From positions 2,790,001 to 2,854,000 of the forward strand of contig NC_089435.1 of NCBI RefSeq assembly GCF_026210795.1: 64,000 nucleotides of DNA, written 5' to 3'. The notes beneath the pieces are model-generated. The model saw only the letters and a program-made list of their open reading frames with translations, ran no database searches and had not been told where the DNA came from. The DNA is from Rhizophagus irregularis. Lineage: Eukaryota. Positions 1 through 12,336 of this stretch are shown one piece after another (positions within the stretch are counted from its first letter, which is position 1; each line of letters begins with the position of its first letter). Position numbers and translations under genes: made by a program.

Positions 1-104
1 TTTTTTTCTTTTAAGCACAAATAAAATGAATGTGTGATCGTCTTGTACTACTCTAGAATATTCCATGTCAACAAATACAAATGTGGGTACGTTACTCATT
101 TATA

Positions 105-120
105 TAAGTCACGTGACTTA
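105..120. promoter_or_regulatory. 16-bp perfect palindrome TAAGTCACGTGACTTA with E-box core (bHLH/Cbf1-type site)
   Basis: Read directly; TCACGTGA recurs at 2741, 36360, 47794 and 55893. Confidence 0.35.
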
Positions 121-520
121 CATAGCGCTGTTTGTTTGTTGTTTACTAGTTACCGTTACAACAAAATTAATACTCTTTTCTTTTTTTCTTTTTTCCATTT
201 TAAAAATATCCTTAAGATCATCAGGAAATTTTTTTAGGTGTAACCATGCGACGGGCGTAAATTTGTGTAAATATGCGGAAGCTTGTGTAAGTTTTTGTAA
301 ATTTCTTATGAAAATTTATGTGAACTTGTATGAACTTTACACCCCATCACGAATTCTTACATCTAAGATAATTTTCGGAAGACATTTATCAAATGATAAA
401 GAAATTAAATATCCTTAAAGAACTTATAAAATCTATAAAAAACGCGTTTATTGTAGACCAAAATAATTTACAGTTCAATAACAATATCTATATTATCGTA
501 CGGCTAATGCAGATTATGCT

Positions 521-595
521 CAAACAAACTATCAATATTCGATATTGTACGCAAATAAACTATCGATATTCAATATTGTACGCAAATAAACTATA
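521..595. repeat. ~31-bp tandem repeat, about 2.3 copies
   Basis: aaactatc(a/g)atattc(g/a)atattgtacgcaaat repeated. Confidence 0.75.
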
Positions 596-632
596 ATGAA
601 AATATCGGTCAAATAAAATCAGCATTATCCCC

Positions 633-1679
633 ATAATGGTGTAGTTATCCGAAAAATTCAGCCGAAGGCGCAGTAAATTTTCGGCTAACAACACCCAGCC
701 GAAAAAAATTCATGTTGATCTTGAATATTTTTTGAATATTTTATTGGTTCAACATCTACTATTTTCGGCTAGATATTTACGGCTAACTACATTATTATTT
801 TAAAGAAGTGTAGTTAGCCGTAAATATCAAATGTAACACAATAGTTTAAGTGGTAACAAGTAATGAAAATTGATTGTTCATATTACAATATTTACCATTA
901 TTATTTAATGGTAAATATTATGTAATATTGTTTGGTGTAAAATTGTTTCTTAAAATGTTTAATTTTAATATTTGCTTGTAAATAATTTTTTAAATTCTTT
1001 GGTTTTCTTTTTAAAAAATTAAATACCAGTTTTTATTTTTTTTGATCGATTTGAATTAGTTCTAACAATTCTAATGATCTGCATGGTTAATTATAGGTAT
1101 GGGAAATTATATTATAGACGCGGAAAATTATATTATAGACGCAGTAAATTATATTATAAACATGGAAAATATTCAATAAAATGGATTTAAATATAATCAA
1201 AGATAATTTTTTTTAATAAACTTTTTTTCTTTGTTATCAAATTTGCTAAATTTACTGAAATTCTTCACTTAATTATGGATTCTATTTCCACTAAACAACT
1301 TTTAACTAAAACTAGAAAAAAATTACCAAGTTTAAGTGAGATAATGTCTTATGGACAAAAACATAAAAAAATTCAGTGATCTTTCATATGTAGATGTTTA
1401 TATATCTGAGGATATAGTTATAGATGAAGGTGCATGTTTATTATTACCAGATGAATTTAATGGTTATATACAACTGCGCTTCTGATATTTCGGCTAACTA
1501 CACTATTATTTAAAAAAAGTGTAGTTAGACGAAAATATTCAGCCGAAAATAGTAGATGTTGAACCAATAAAATATTCAATAAAATATTCTAGATCAACAT
1601 GAATTTTTTTCGGCTGGGTGTTGTTAGCCGAAAATTTACTGCGTCTTCGGCTGAATTTTTCGGCTAACTACACCATTAT
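633..1679. mobile_element. Non-autonomous Mutator-like (MULE) element with ~197-bp TIRs
   Basis: 633-829 is a near reverse complement of 1483-1679; flanks attatcccc (624-632) and atgatcccc (1680-1688) match 8/9, consistent with a 9-bp TSD; internal 21-bp x3 repeat at ~1102-1165. Confidence 0.85.
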
Positions 1680-2602
1680 ATGATCCCCTAGCGATAATAT
1701 TAATTTTAACACTTCAGTTTAATGAAACAATGCTTTGGTGACTAATAAGAGTCATTTAACAAGTATGAAACACATGTTAATTTTTATTAATATTGTTATT
1801 TTTTATTTTTTATTTTTTAATGAATTTCACTTATCATGATACATTATTTTTTAATTTCCGAGTGGAACCACTCAAACATTAATCTTTATTAAAAAACTTT
1901 AATTTTCATAACAATATGATACTTTTATATACTGTAAATTACTATTGTTTTCACCTTTTAATATTGGAGAATGTTGTTGATGTACAGACTACAGATCACA
2001 TGACTGATATGAAATAATTTTTTTTTTTTTTTGTGGTAAACCAATACTTTATTATTTATTATTATTTATAATTAGGTTCACTCTGTACGGATTCTTGCCC
2101 GTCCGCACGCGTTTAAATACCAATCATTTTCTAGTATATCGTGTGACAATAAATATGTTGTTTACTTTTATTTTAGCCATCCTATTAATGATGATCATGC
2201 GATTCATGTGATTATAATGCCTAAAATACAGGGGGGTTTGAACAAAATTTACATTCTCCTATATCCAATTAAGCTGTAGCATTCTTCATGTACCAACTAG
2301 TATCATGTTATTAACTGCGTTATCTGTTTTTATTTTTTTTATTTTTTTTTATTTTTTTTCAACTTTCATTATTATTTTTTGTTTACTAGAAGCATTCGTC
2401 CCCTCGATCACTTAATCATCTCTAAATTTCCATTTATCTTAAGTTAGTGATCGGGAAAAATTAAAACTGTTATAACTTTACGTGCTTGAATATATACACT
2501 TACAAAGAATATTTCTATTTTCATACATTCCAAAGTCCGAACTAAATGAAGGAATTTTTAAAAAAATTTTCGTATTTCACGTATTTCACATAGAACAAGC
2601 TT

Positions 2603-2810
2603 AGGCCGGGCAAAAAAATTTTTTAGATTCTCGTGACATAAAATTTTAAAAATGACCCGGCCGGCCGGCATTTTTTTTTATATATGTAAAATTTTTTCAT
2701 ATGTATAATTTTTTTACGCACATTGGCCAAAAACTTAAAATCACGTGATAAAATTTTTTACTATAAAAAAAAAATTTACATTTTTCGAAAAACTGACCCG
2801 GCCGGGATAC
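2603..2810. repeat. GC-rich ccggccgg motif cluster, probable small-transposon remnant
   Basis: aggccggg, tgacccggccggccgg and tgacccggccggg in an otherwise AT-rich background. Confidence 0.35.
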
Positions 2811-2979
2811 TGTACTTTAATGATGTAAATTCTAATAATCAGTGATATGGGAGCGTTGGCAATTTTAAAAGCTATTAACGATCTTTTTAGATTATTATAC
2901 TTCCATTAACAACTTTTCGATTAAATTCGATATCTTTGTCGAAATAAATACATTTTCCAGATAAATTTCTTCCAAATCA

Positions 2980-3025
2980 TTTTTACGGAGTTTTACAGAA
3001 ATAACGGATAAAATTTTTTATAGGG
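2980..3025 (-). mobile_element. Isolated terminus of the CCCTATA-ended MITE family
   Basis: Reverse complement ccctataaaaaattttatccgttatttctgtaaaa closely matches the left end of the element at 45193. Confidence 0.7.
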
Positions 3026-3299
3026 CTACTATATCATTAGCATTACATCCATGCCGCTTGCCGCAGGTGCCGGGACCAATGAGTTTGTTTAAATAGAAAA
3101 TTTTGTATTATAATGTAATACTAAGTAAATTAAAGATGGTTACAGTAGTTTTTTGTTTATAATTATAATTAGGAATTTAATATGGTAATAATTAGTTAAC
3201 AAAAAATAATAAATAATATGTACTAAATTATATTTAATATTAGAATGATGATATAAATTATATTTATAATAATGTAGCTATTTACATTAATGATTTGAC

Positions 3300-3800
3300 G
3301 GATTAATTAAGGAAAATAATTATCAATAAAAATTGATTAATTTTTAAAAGTATTTTCGAAAAACTTTAATATTACAAATATATTTATTAAATTTTATAAT
3401 TATTTCTTATTATTTTATATTACGTTAATCTTAAACTTATAAGTTATAACCAACTTAGGAAAACATTTTGAACAATTAAATGTATTAGAATCTGTTCATT
3501 TCATTTATTATTATTCTTTTGATACTCATTTTACTCGATAAATTAACTAAATCATTTTGAATTAAATCTTTATTCAAAAATTTGGTGATTATTAGAGAAC
3601 TTCGGATATGGATTTAGTTATAATAATCTATTATTGAATTAACAATTTCTTCAATTAATTAATTATAAAATTGTAAAAATATCAATTTTTTTTGATTTTT
3701 ATGAATTTGAAAATCAAACTATTTATCCAACGTTTAATTTAATTGAAAAAATCTTAATCATCTTTCTATCAACGTCGGTCAATTTTCCTACATGTTATAT
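3300..3800 (+). pseudogene. Degenerate relic of the F-box family gene at 32757
   Basis: tttgaacaattaaatgtattagaatctgttcat encodes FEQLNVLESVH (intact gene LEQLNVLESVH); further broken similarity to the TKPFKLKSLF, GDYLENFG and CKNIKF segments; stops and indels. Confidence 0.7.
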
Positions 3801-3869
3801 TAATTTTTTTTTAAAAAAAAAATAATTTTGTAAATATTTTTAATTATAATATTTTATTTCTTTATTTAA

Positions 3870-4330
3870 TAGTAATAAAAAATTGAAAGAAAAAGAAAAA
3901 AAAATTAAAAAAAAATTTGGGGGAAAGAAAAAAGGATAAAGAAAGAAATCGGTTTAAAAAAGGGAAATTTACAAAAAAAAAGGAATCCGAAAAAAAAATA
4001 AGTATCGAAAAAAAAGAACAATAATTTGGTCCAAAAAGAAAAAAATAACAATATGGTCTAAAAAAAAAAATTGAAAAAAAAAATATATAAAAAAAATATT
4101 TAATAAAAAAAAAATTTTCAAAGTTTGAAAAAAATGTAAAAAAAAAAAAATTAATAATCAAAAAAAAAATTATTGCTACTAAGACTAAGGTTATTCAATT
4201 TTCGGCGTTCGATTGGCAAGGTAAATGGAATAGTGACTAAGCCACTTTTATAAATAGTTCGCAAATTCGGATTAAGGTAAATTTCATTAACTGAAATTGG
4301 ATTAGTTTATTGGAATGCACATGGATCGAA
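3870..4330 (+). repeat. A-rich dispersed repeat, copy 1
   Basis: Shares aaaggataaagaaagaaatcggttt, caataatttggt(c/t)caaaaaga and aaatttcattaactg, in the same order, with 53130-53750. Confidence 0.7.
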
Positions 4331-4439
4331 TAGTTCTTGACCATAAATAGATCAGGCGGAGGCATGTCACGGGTTTTAATTATATTTCAAGTTATGGGAG
4401 ACTAATCCAAATGTCAGCCAAATTTTTTTAGTTATATAA

Positions 4440-4756
4440 AAAATTTATTCATATCGGCTGATCAGAAAAGCCTCCATAATTTTATATGCTAAATGACAAT
4501 AAGTAACCCATGTTGTGCCCCAAATCTCAATATGCCCCAAATTGACGATAATCATCGATGATTACTATATGTATAAAGTAATGCTTTGAAAATTCTTAAG
4601 GCATTATAAAGATGGACCGATAATTTAGGCCGATCGTTGATTTGGGGCAATCGTCAACTTGGGGCACAACACCCATCAGTTATATAATGAACCCATCAAC
4701 TGAGCTTAAATATTAATTGGCTTGATTTTTCCAATCAGCCGATATGTATAGATTTA
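4440..4756. mobile_element. Outer inverted-repeat element (MITE-like) hosting a nested insertion
   Basis: catatcggctgat (~4450) pairs with atcagccgatatg (~4734); ends approximate. Confidence 0.55.
4511..4671. mobile_element. 161-bp MITE with TGT...ACA ends and 4-bp TSD (Ginger/TDD-like termini)
   Basis: tgttgtgccccaa / ttggggcacaaca TIR; ccca on both sides (4507-4510 and 4672-4675). Confidence 0.8.
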
Positions 4757-5289
4757 ATTACAAAATTATTAATATTGTTATATATTTATATAATTAAAAA
4801 CAATCTCTCTAAAAAAAAAATTTGTTAATATCAAAAAAAAAAATTTCACGCAAATTTATTAGTTGGGAAATTAATATTGAAAAAAACAATCTCAATAAAT
4901 AAAAAAGGTTCTCACTAAAAAAAAATTTTTCACACGAATTTATTAGTCAGAAACAATATCATTGGCTAAAAAAAATCTTACTAAACATCGAAAAGCTATA
5001 GGACAGTTCTAATATGATTATAGTCTTGACCAAAAAAAAATTCCAAAAATTTTGATTAAAAAAAATCCCCTAAAAATTCCAATAAAAAATAAAAAAAAAG
5101 AATAAGAAAAAAATTTTGGTTAAGTTAACCGAAAGAAATAATAATAATAAAAAGAGGGATAAAAAAAATCCGTTATCGTAGTCAGAAATTTAATACGAAA
5201 TAGATCGGACGCAAGAATACCACATTTTCAATGTTACATAATTCAAATTATTTATACAGGGTAATCTAAATATGACAAAATTTTTTTAA

Positions 5290-8200
5290 TTAGATAGATT
5301 GATTTAAAAGAATGTCTAAATTTTCTTTAGCCTCTTGACATCCATTCTCTATTGCCATTTTATACCAATAAATTGCATTATCTAAATTTTTTTCTATTCC
5401 TTCGCCTTGCTCATATAAAAATGCAAGACTTTTTTGTGCATTACCGTTTCCTTTTTCTGCAGCTATTTTATATGAATTAAATGCTTTTTCTTTGTCAATA
5501 TCAATTCCAATTCCTTTTTCATAAAAGCACCCAAGCTTATATTGAGCATCAATAGATCCTTTATTGGCTGATTTTTTATAAAATTCAAATGCTCTAACCT
5601 TATTTTCCCCAACACCATGGCCCAACTCATAAAATTCACCCAGTTTATATAGTGCAACTTCATTATTACTTTCAACGGTTTTATGATACCAATAATTAAC
5701 TTTATCTAAATCATTATCCATCTCTTTATAAACTTTATTTAGTATATCATAGTCGTCATGATCCTTTTTACCAGCTGCTTCATTATATAACTCGAATCCT
5801 CTTTCCTTATTAATTTCAGTCCCAATACCATTTACATAACAATATCCAAGTTGAAACTTTGCATCAATATCCCCATTTTCGGCTGATTTTTTATAAAATT
5901 CAAATGCTTTCATAAGATCTTGTTCAACACCTATTCCAAGTTCGTACAAACTACCTAAGTTATATTGTGCTACCTCATTTCCATTCTCCACTGCTTTTTG
6001 ACAAAAATAAAAAGCTTTTTCTAAATCCTTTTTGGTTCCTATACCATAATAATATAAAGAACCGAGAACATTTTGTGCATTGTCATATTCTTTTTCAGCT
6101 GACTTCTCATAATATTCAAAAGCTTTAATTTCATCTTTTTCAACACCTCTTCCTAATCTATAACATTGACCTAAATTAAATAGTGCTATTTCACTTCCAT
6201 TTTCTGCCGATTTATGATACCAATATATAGCTTTTTCAAAATCTTTTTTCACGCCAATGCCATTTTCATATAAAGTTCCAAGATTACATTGAGCCGTTAT
6301 ATGTCCTCTTTCAGATGCCATTTTAAATGATTCAAACGCTTTTGTTTCATTAATTTCAGTTCCAATTCCTTTACTATAGTATAATCCAAGTTGAAATTGT
6401 GCATTTAAATATCCTTTTTCAGCAGATTCTTTATAATATTCAAAAGCTTTAGCTACGTCTTTTATGGCACCTTCTTCACCATAATTAAGACCTAGATTAT
6501 ATAGTGCTACTTCATTTCCTTTTTCTGCTGATTTGTTATACCAGTAAATGGCCTTTTCTGAATCCTTTTCTATACTTTTATATAAAGCACCAAGATTATT
6601 TTGTGCCATGCTATGATCTTTCTCAGCGGCTATTTTATATAGTTCAAAAGCTTTCGTTTTATTTATTTCAGTTCCAATTCCTAAATCATAACAATACCCA
6701 AGTTCAAATTGAGCACTGAGAAATTCTTGGTTCGCAGACTTTTCATAATATTCAAAAGACTTGATTTCATCTTTCCCAGTACCTAAACCATATCTATATA
6801 AAATTCCAATATTATATTGTGCAATTTTATGTCCTTTATCAGCTGCTTTTTTGTAATATTCAAATGCCTTTGTTTTATTAGTTTCAGTCCCAATTCCTAA
6901 ATCATAACAATATGCCAGTTCAAATTGAGCTTCCAAATAATCTTGATCAGCCGATTGTTTATAATATTCAAATGCTTTATTTTCATCTTTTTCATTCACA
7001 GCCAAGTTATATTGCGCTATTTCACACCCATTTTCTGCTGCTTTATTATACCAATAGGTAGCTTTTTCTAAATCATCTTCTACTTGTTGATAGTAATAAC
7101 CCATGCTAGTCTGTGCAATTAAATTTCCTCCTTTAGCAGCTTTCATATACCATTCAAATATTTTATTATCATCTTTGGATACTCCAAATCCAATTTCATA
7201 AAAATCACCTACAATTTTTTCTGCATCAGAATTTCCTCCTTTGGCAGCTTTCATATACCATTCAAATGATTTATTTTCGTCCTTAGGTGTTCCGATTCCA
7301 TTTTGATAATAATTGCCTAATTTACATTGTGCACGTGAATATCCTCCTTCAGCGGATTTCAAATGCCATTCAAAAGATTTCTTATCATCTTTATTTGTTC
7401 CTATTCCATCTTGATAACAAATACCCAGATTATATTGTGCACATATATCTCCTTCATTAGCAGCTTTTGAATACCATTCGAATGCTTTTATCTCATCTTT
7501 TTTTATTCCAATTCCGTATCGATAACAATAACCTAAATTATTCTGTGCACCAGAATTTCCTTCTCTCGCAGATTTCAAATAAAATTCTGTTGCTTTAAAT
7601 TCATCTTTAACTTTTCCTATTCCATATTGATAACAATAACCTAAATCATTTAATTCTGCCAATTTTTTCTTTTTAGCATAATCTATTTGATTTTCGTTGA
7701 AACCTTTACCTAACGATTCAAAATATTTTTCTATAGTAACTATCTCATCTTTGCCTATATTTATTTCTAATCTATCAAACTTTTCAAACTGATTTTGTGA
7801 CATTATGGACATCACATTTCTATTTTTTAAATTTCTAAAAATTTTTTCTCTTTTATTTAAAATAATATCTTTATAATAATAAAATGATAATAAATACTTC
7901 GCGATAATAATATTAAATAATTGATACATAGAAATTAATTCATTATTTTTTTCTTTGATTGACAATAAATAAAATTTCAAAGATTTATCTTTATCAATAA
8001 TATCCTCATTAATATTATCATTCAATATAATAATACCATATTCATAAAAAAATCCTATTATACTCGAAAAAATCCAATTTTCATTATCATTATCATTATC
8101 ATTATTATCATATTCTTCATAATGTTTTATTAAATTTAAAATTATTTCAGAATCCTTTTTATTATATTCAAAAAATTCTTTTACCCAATCTTTTATTATA

Positions 8201-8316
8201 TCTTCAAAATTATTATAATTCTCTATTCTTATTATTTGACGATAAAAATTCTTTAAAAAATTTTTTAAAAAATTTTCATCATCTATCGGAATATTATTCA
8301 ATGTATTTGATAACAT
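5290..8316 (-). CDS. Sel1-like repeat protein, 1008 aa, single exon, about 20 repeats after an N-terminal helical region
   Basis: Repeating AQYNLGxCYxxGIGxxKDxxKAFEWYxKAAxxG 36-aa units. Confidence 0.93.
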   Translation of the reverse strand: MLSNTLNNIPIDDENFLKNFLKNFYRQIIRIENYNNFEDIIKDWVKEFFEYNKKDSEIILNLIKHYEEYDNNDNDNDNENWIFSSIIGFFYEYGIIILNDNINEDIIDKDKSLKFYLLSIKEKNNELISMYQLFNIIIAKYLLSFYYYKDIILNKREKIFRNLKNRNVMSIMSQNQFEKFDRLEINIGKDEIVTIEKYFESLGKGFNENQIDYAKKKKLAELNDLGYCYQYGIGKVKDEFKATEFYLKSAREGNSGAQNNLGYCYRYGIGIKKDEIKAFEWYSKAANEGDICAQYNLGICYQDGIGTNKDDKKSFEWHLKSAEGGYSRAQCKLGNYYQNGIGTPKDENKSFEWYMKAAKGGNSDAEKIVGDFYEIGFGVSKDDNKIFEWYMKAAKGGNLIAQTSMGYYYQQVEDDLEKATYWYNKAAENGCEIAQYNLAVNEKDENKAFEYYKQSADQDYLEAQFELAYCYDLGIGTETNKTKAFEYYKKAADKGHKIAQYNIGILYRYGLGTGKDEIKSFEYYEKSANQEFLSAQFELGYCYDLGIGTEINKTKAFELYKIAAEKDHSMAQNNLGALYKSIEKDSEKAIYWYNKSAEKGNEVALYNLGLNYGEEGAIKDVAKAFEYYKESAEKGYLNAQFQLGLYYSKGIGTEINETKAFESFKMASERGHITAQCNLGTLYENGIGVKKDFEKAIYWYHKSAENGSEIALFNLGQCYRLGRGVEKDEIKAFEYYEKSAEKEYDNAQNVLGSLYYYGIGTKKDLEKAFYFCQKAVENGNEVAQYNLGSLYELGIGVEQDLMKAFEFYKKSAENGDIDAKFQLGYCYVNGIGTEINKERGFELYNEAAGKKDHDDYDILNKVYKEMDNDLDKVNYWYHKTVESNNEVALYKLGEFYELGHGVGENKVRAFEFYKKSANKGSIDAQYKLGCFYEKGIGIDIDKEKAFNSYKIAAEKGNGNAQKSLAFLYEQGEGIEKNLDNAIYWYKMAIENGCQEAKENLDILLNQSI

Positions 8317-10515
8317 TTTTTTTTTTATTTTTTGAGTAATTTAATGAGTAACTTCTTTTTTCCAAGAAAGGATGGAATGATCTAAGGAGAAATTTAAGCT
8401 CATTTTTTATTTCCATTTTTGGGCTAACAAAGAACAATTAATTATTTGATACACAATTACCTTCAATGCGCATATTATCTTCAATGCACATATTAACCGT
8501 TAAGGGGCCCCCTATATTTATCTATTTTAGGAAATACAAAATTAAATCATAATTTTGGCTGGAATTAAGTATCTTTAATGGATCATCATCCTCCCTTATA
8601 AGATTGAAGTTATATCTCTATATTATTTAAAAATGCGGCATTCTTTTTGATTTAGAGGTTGAAAAACCTAACCAATTAATCGATTAATCAAGGTCCTAAC
8701 CGTTTAATTAGTTGGTTATGTAAAAAAAATATTAAAATTTACCAATTTATTTTTACCTTACAGGGAAGTTTAAAAATTCGAACACGTGCCCGAAATTTCA
8801 CATCACTTGGCCGCATTAGATCATTTGACTAGAATTATGATTTGAATAATTTTAATTGATTAGCAGATTTTGAGATACCTTAACTAGTTTACCGTCTTAA
8901 TCGGTTAGTTAATCAAATTAACTTTAAACCCTTGTATATTAATTGACAATTGTCTTCAATTCCAATTTTATAATAACTACTACTATTTTTCTCATACCGT
9001 TGTAAAATTATAAACTTACGGCAGAAATTAATTTTTTTTTTAAAAAAAAAAAAAATAGGGTAAATTGTTAATGAGATAAAAATAAGTGACGGTTGCATAA
9101 TTATGTGGCGCTTCGGAGTCATCATATTTATTAAGCGTTGTTATAAATTAAATTTTAGGCCATGCACCCGCTACATTGTTTAATATTCATTTGAATTTAA
9201 GAGTAGACTGACCTATAAAACTGAAAGAGAGAAATATTTACCTATATACACTTGGTTAAGCAAGTAAGTATTATTATCTAATGACCAGAAGCCAACAATT
9301 AGGGATTAAAGCACGTAGAGATAATATCCTCAGCATAGGGGTGTTTGGCGAAATTAATGGTAAAAGGCGTTTGGAAATAATGGTAAATCCTATTTCTCCT
9401 CCTCGCTAAACGCTGTAGGCCTCACCGGATACTATCATGTTTGTGTATTGACATCAAACCAGGCATGAACAGATAAAATAATAGACACTTACTTGCGAAT
9501 TTAAGACCTCAGTTTCTTGCTTTATTCACGTGCTATATCTGTTCCACTTAATTTGAAAATCTCATTACTTCTTTTTTTCGCCAACTAATGCACCACTAAC
9601 GTTAGCTTGAGTGCTTGACCAGCAATGCCTAAGTACAAAAATTTGCTAGTGCATTCAATAAGCAGGTAATCAGTCATCCTTTTGGTCCCCTTTGACAACT
9701 ACTAACACATACAACGGAAATGCTTTCGCTATCTCCAGTTCACTCCATTTCAAACTATTCCAGTCACATTGTCAAACTGATCAATCCCTGGAAACGTACT
9801 TTCGGACAATCATCCTCTATATCATCCAATACTATAGTCTTGATGATAAACGTGAAATTACCCACCTTACACTACCTCATAACCTATGAAGATGGTTTTG
9901 ATAATTTCGTAAGTTCCTGTTGTTGCTGCGCCACACAAGAAAGCGAAAGGTGGTGTTCGTTCTTGACCGACTGTGTGAGCTTTTAAGCAAGTTTTTAGAG
10001 TGACTTCTTGCAGTAAACTTGTCTATAACAAATGGGTTTCGCAGTACTAATAATAACTCGTCAAAGAACATTATACTTTGTGATAGTGGATTTAACTGAA
10101 GTTCGTGTCTAAGTTTATGCCAGTCATCCAAACATATCATATAAAGTATCATGTAAAAAACTTTGAATAAATAATTAAGCGTATTGTTAGGTACATTGAC
10201 GTTTGATAATATCTGTAAAATTTTTAATTTTATAGTATATATTTTCTTTGATGTTTTTGTGTTTATTGTGTTGTTGTAAAATTTTGTGTGATCGTAAATA
10301 TTAAAAAGAAGTAAATGTCTTTTAAAAAGAAGTATATTGAAGTTAGTTTTATAAAAAAAAAATAAGATCATTTTATATACTTGCAATACCCATTATTTAT
10401 GCACTACAGCACTGCGCCTTTGATGTCATAGTTACCGATCAATCTGTCTATATTAATTGTCATCGCGTCGTGTAACATTTTAAGAAATTTCATGTGCGAT
10501 TGTGTATTATTATAT

Positions 10516-10819
10516 TAGCCCTGTTCATTTCCGGTCGGTTGCATTTTTCGGTCGGAATTTGTTGTACAAAAATTATCCAATAAAATTTTTTTATTTTCGA
10601 TCGCAAATTGAACTGCTTTAGATTGAAATTTAGTTCGAACTCCTTATATTGATATATATTTTTTCTTAAATGTCACGTAAACAGAAATTATCTAATTTTG
10701 GTTGGTTGTTTTTTGGCTAAAAGTTCAGAAAATGGTTGCGTTGTACAAACTGATCAGCCCAATCAAAATTAACTTCAATCTGACCGAAAAATGCGACCGG
10801 CCGGAAATGAAAAGGGCTA
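10516..10819. mobile_element. ~304-bp MITE with TAG...CTA ends (hAT-like)
   Basis: tagccctgttcatttccggtcggttgcatttttcggtc pairs with gaccgaaaaatgcgaccggccggaaatgaaaagggcta; TSD not resolved in AT-rich flanks. Confidence 0.8.
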
Positions 10820-12336
10820 TTATTTATTTAAATTTAAATAGTTATCTTTTATACAGCACGTGCAAACATAACAAAATAAAAAATTTTTATATTACGGTCG
10901 CTTCTGTTGAAAAGTTAATTGTAATTACCGAAAATTTCTTCATTGAACAATATCTTCGAAGGTGTTATACGCTATTATACGAGTCATCTGTTTTAAATCT
11001 GAAAATTTTATTTAGATTTTCTAAGACTAGAATATCAAATTATCATTTAGCCATATAGGTTCATATTGAATATTATATACTGTACAGTATATCAATTTAT
11101 TTTTATGAAACATATGATAATTAATATATGATGAATTGATGATACTACCAAAGAAATAGCTTTTTCCACCTATTTTGCAATTTCTGCAAGTCCAGAAACT
11201 TAGCTAAACCAGTTCCAGGACCTCACTGGTAATGGAGATTCAGTTAAATCAAAAGGAAAGATTAACTTTTCGTATATTACATCTTTATCTGATCAGTTAA
11301 GTTATGTCTATATATATTTTTTTTATTAATGTTTATTAATTATAACAAATGTTTCAAGTACAAATTCGTTGATTAGAGAATTTTTTTATGATTGATTTTT
11401 TTTTATTTTTTTTTAATCCAAGTTTTCATTCCGTACAGAATTAGTAAAAGTTAATGATTTATTTAAAGATAAGGTGGCACAAGTAATAAAATTTAGCTTT
11501 TAATAATATTTGTATGTGTTTTCTAATAAATCTTTAATACAATAACAGTGCTTTATTTTGAACTTTTATCGAAATTTGTTTTGGGTAACTGATAATGTCG
11601 TGATCCTTTGTAAATCGCGAAGCGCTAAAGTGGATAACTTGTGAACCATTTAAAGAGAACAAATGCAAAAAAGAAAATTTTTAATAAACACAAAGTTTTT
11701 CCATGTGGTGAAAAATGACTTTCCGTACAAATTATTAAAATTTGTATAACAATTGATAGCTTTCATGTATAACTTTTTTAAACTTTTATATATAAACTCA
11801 ATATTAACATTAAAAAAGCTAAACGATAATATATTTTAGTAAGAAAGGCTTTTTTTTTACTGTATATTCAGATAGTATTTATAAATAGATTTATTTCACT
11901 TTATAATTAGCGGATATTTATACATTTAAATTTTTCTTTTCTCTATTTATACTTTATAATTATATATTCGTTGAGTTAATTTATCATAAAAAATTTATAA
12001 TACAACGGGTCCTTGTAATCGTTAAAAGGATCATAGACAGTCAGCAAAAAAGTTTATCAATAGCCAAGTACGATGTTAGTTCCTAAGACATAAAGTAATT
12101 ATTTTACGAAATACGGACCACATATAATGAATGTATGGTAAATTTAAAATCCCATAATTAGGTTGATACAACATCTCAACGCTTATATCAAAAATAAATA
12201 AAATATTTATTTATAAAATTTATAACAGACTAATTAATAAGTAATTCGTGGAAGAAATTGGAATTTCATATAATATATAAATATATATAAATGCAATATA
12301 ATTGATTTAAACATAATGTAGAAATTTAAGTTCTTA

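Noticed and set aside
235..365. Weak inverted repeat taggtgtaa / ttacatcta
   Set aside because: Too degenerate and no TSD; may be an old MITE but not supportable
9300..10386. GC-richer stretch with several short ORFs
   Set aside because: Looks like a decayed gene on the minus strand, but no family is recognisable and no consistent exon model could be built
10702..11058. 118-aa ORF
   Set aside because: Runs through the right TIR of the 10516-10819 MITE; not protein-like
11138..11310. Coding-like segment DDTTKEIAFSTYF...*LNQFQDLTG
   Set aside because: Internal stop and no recognisable homology
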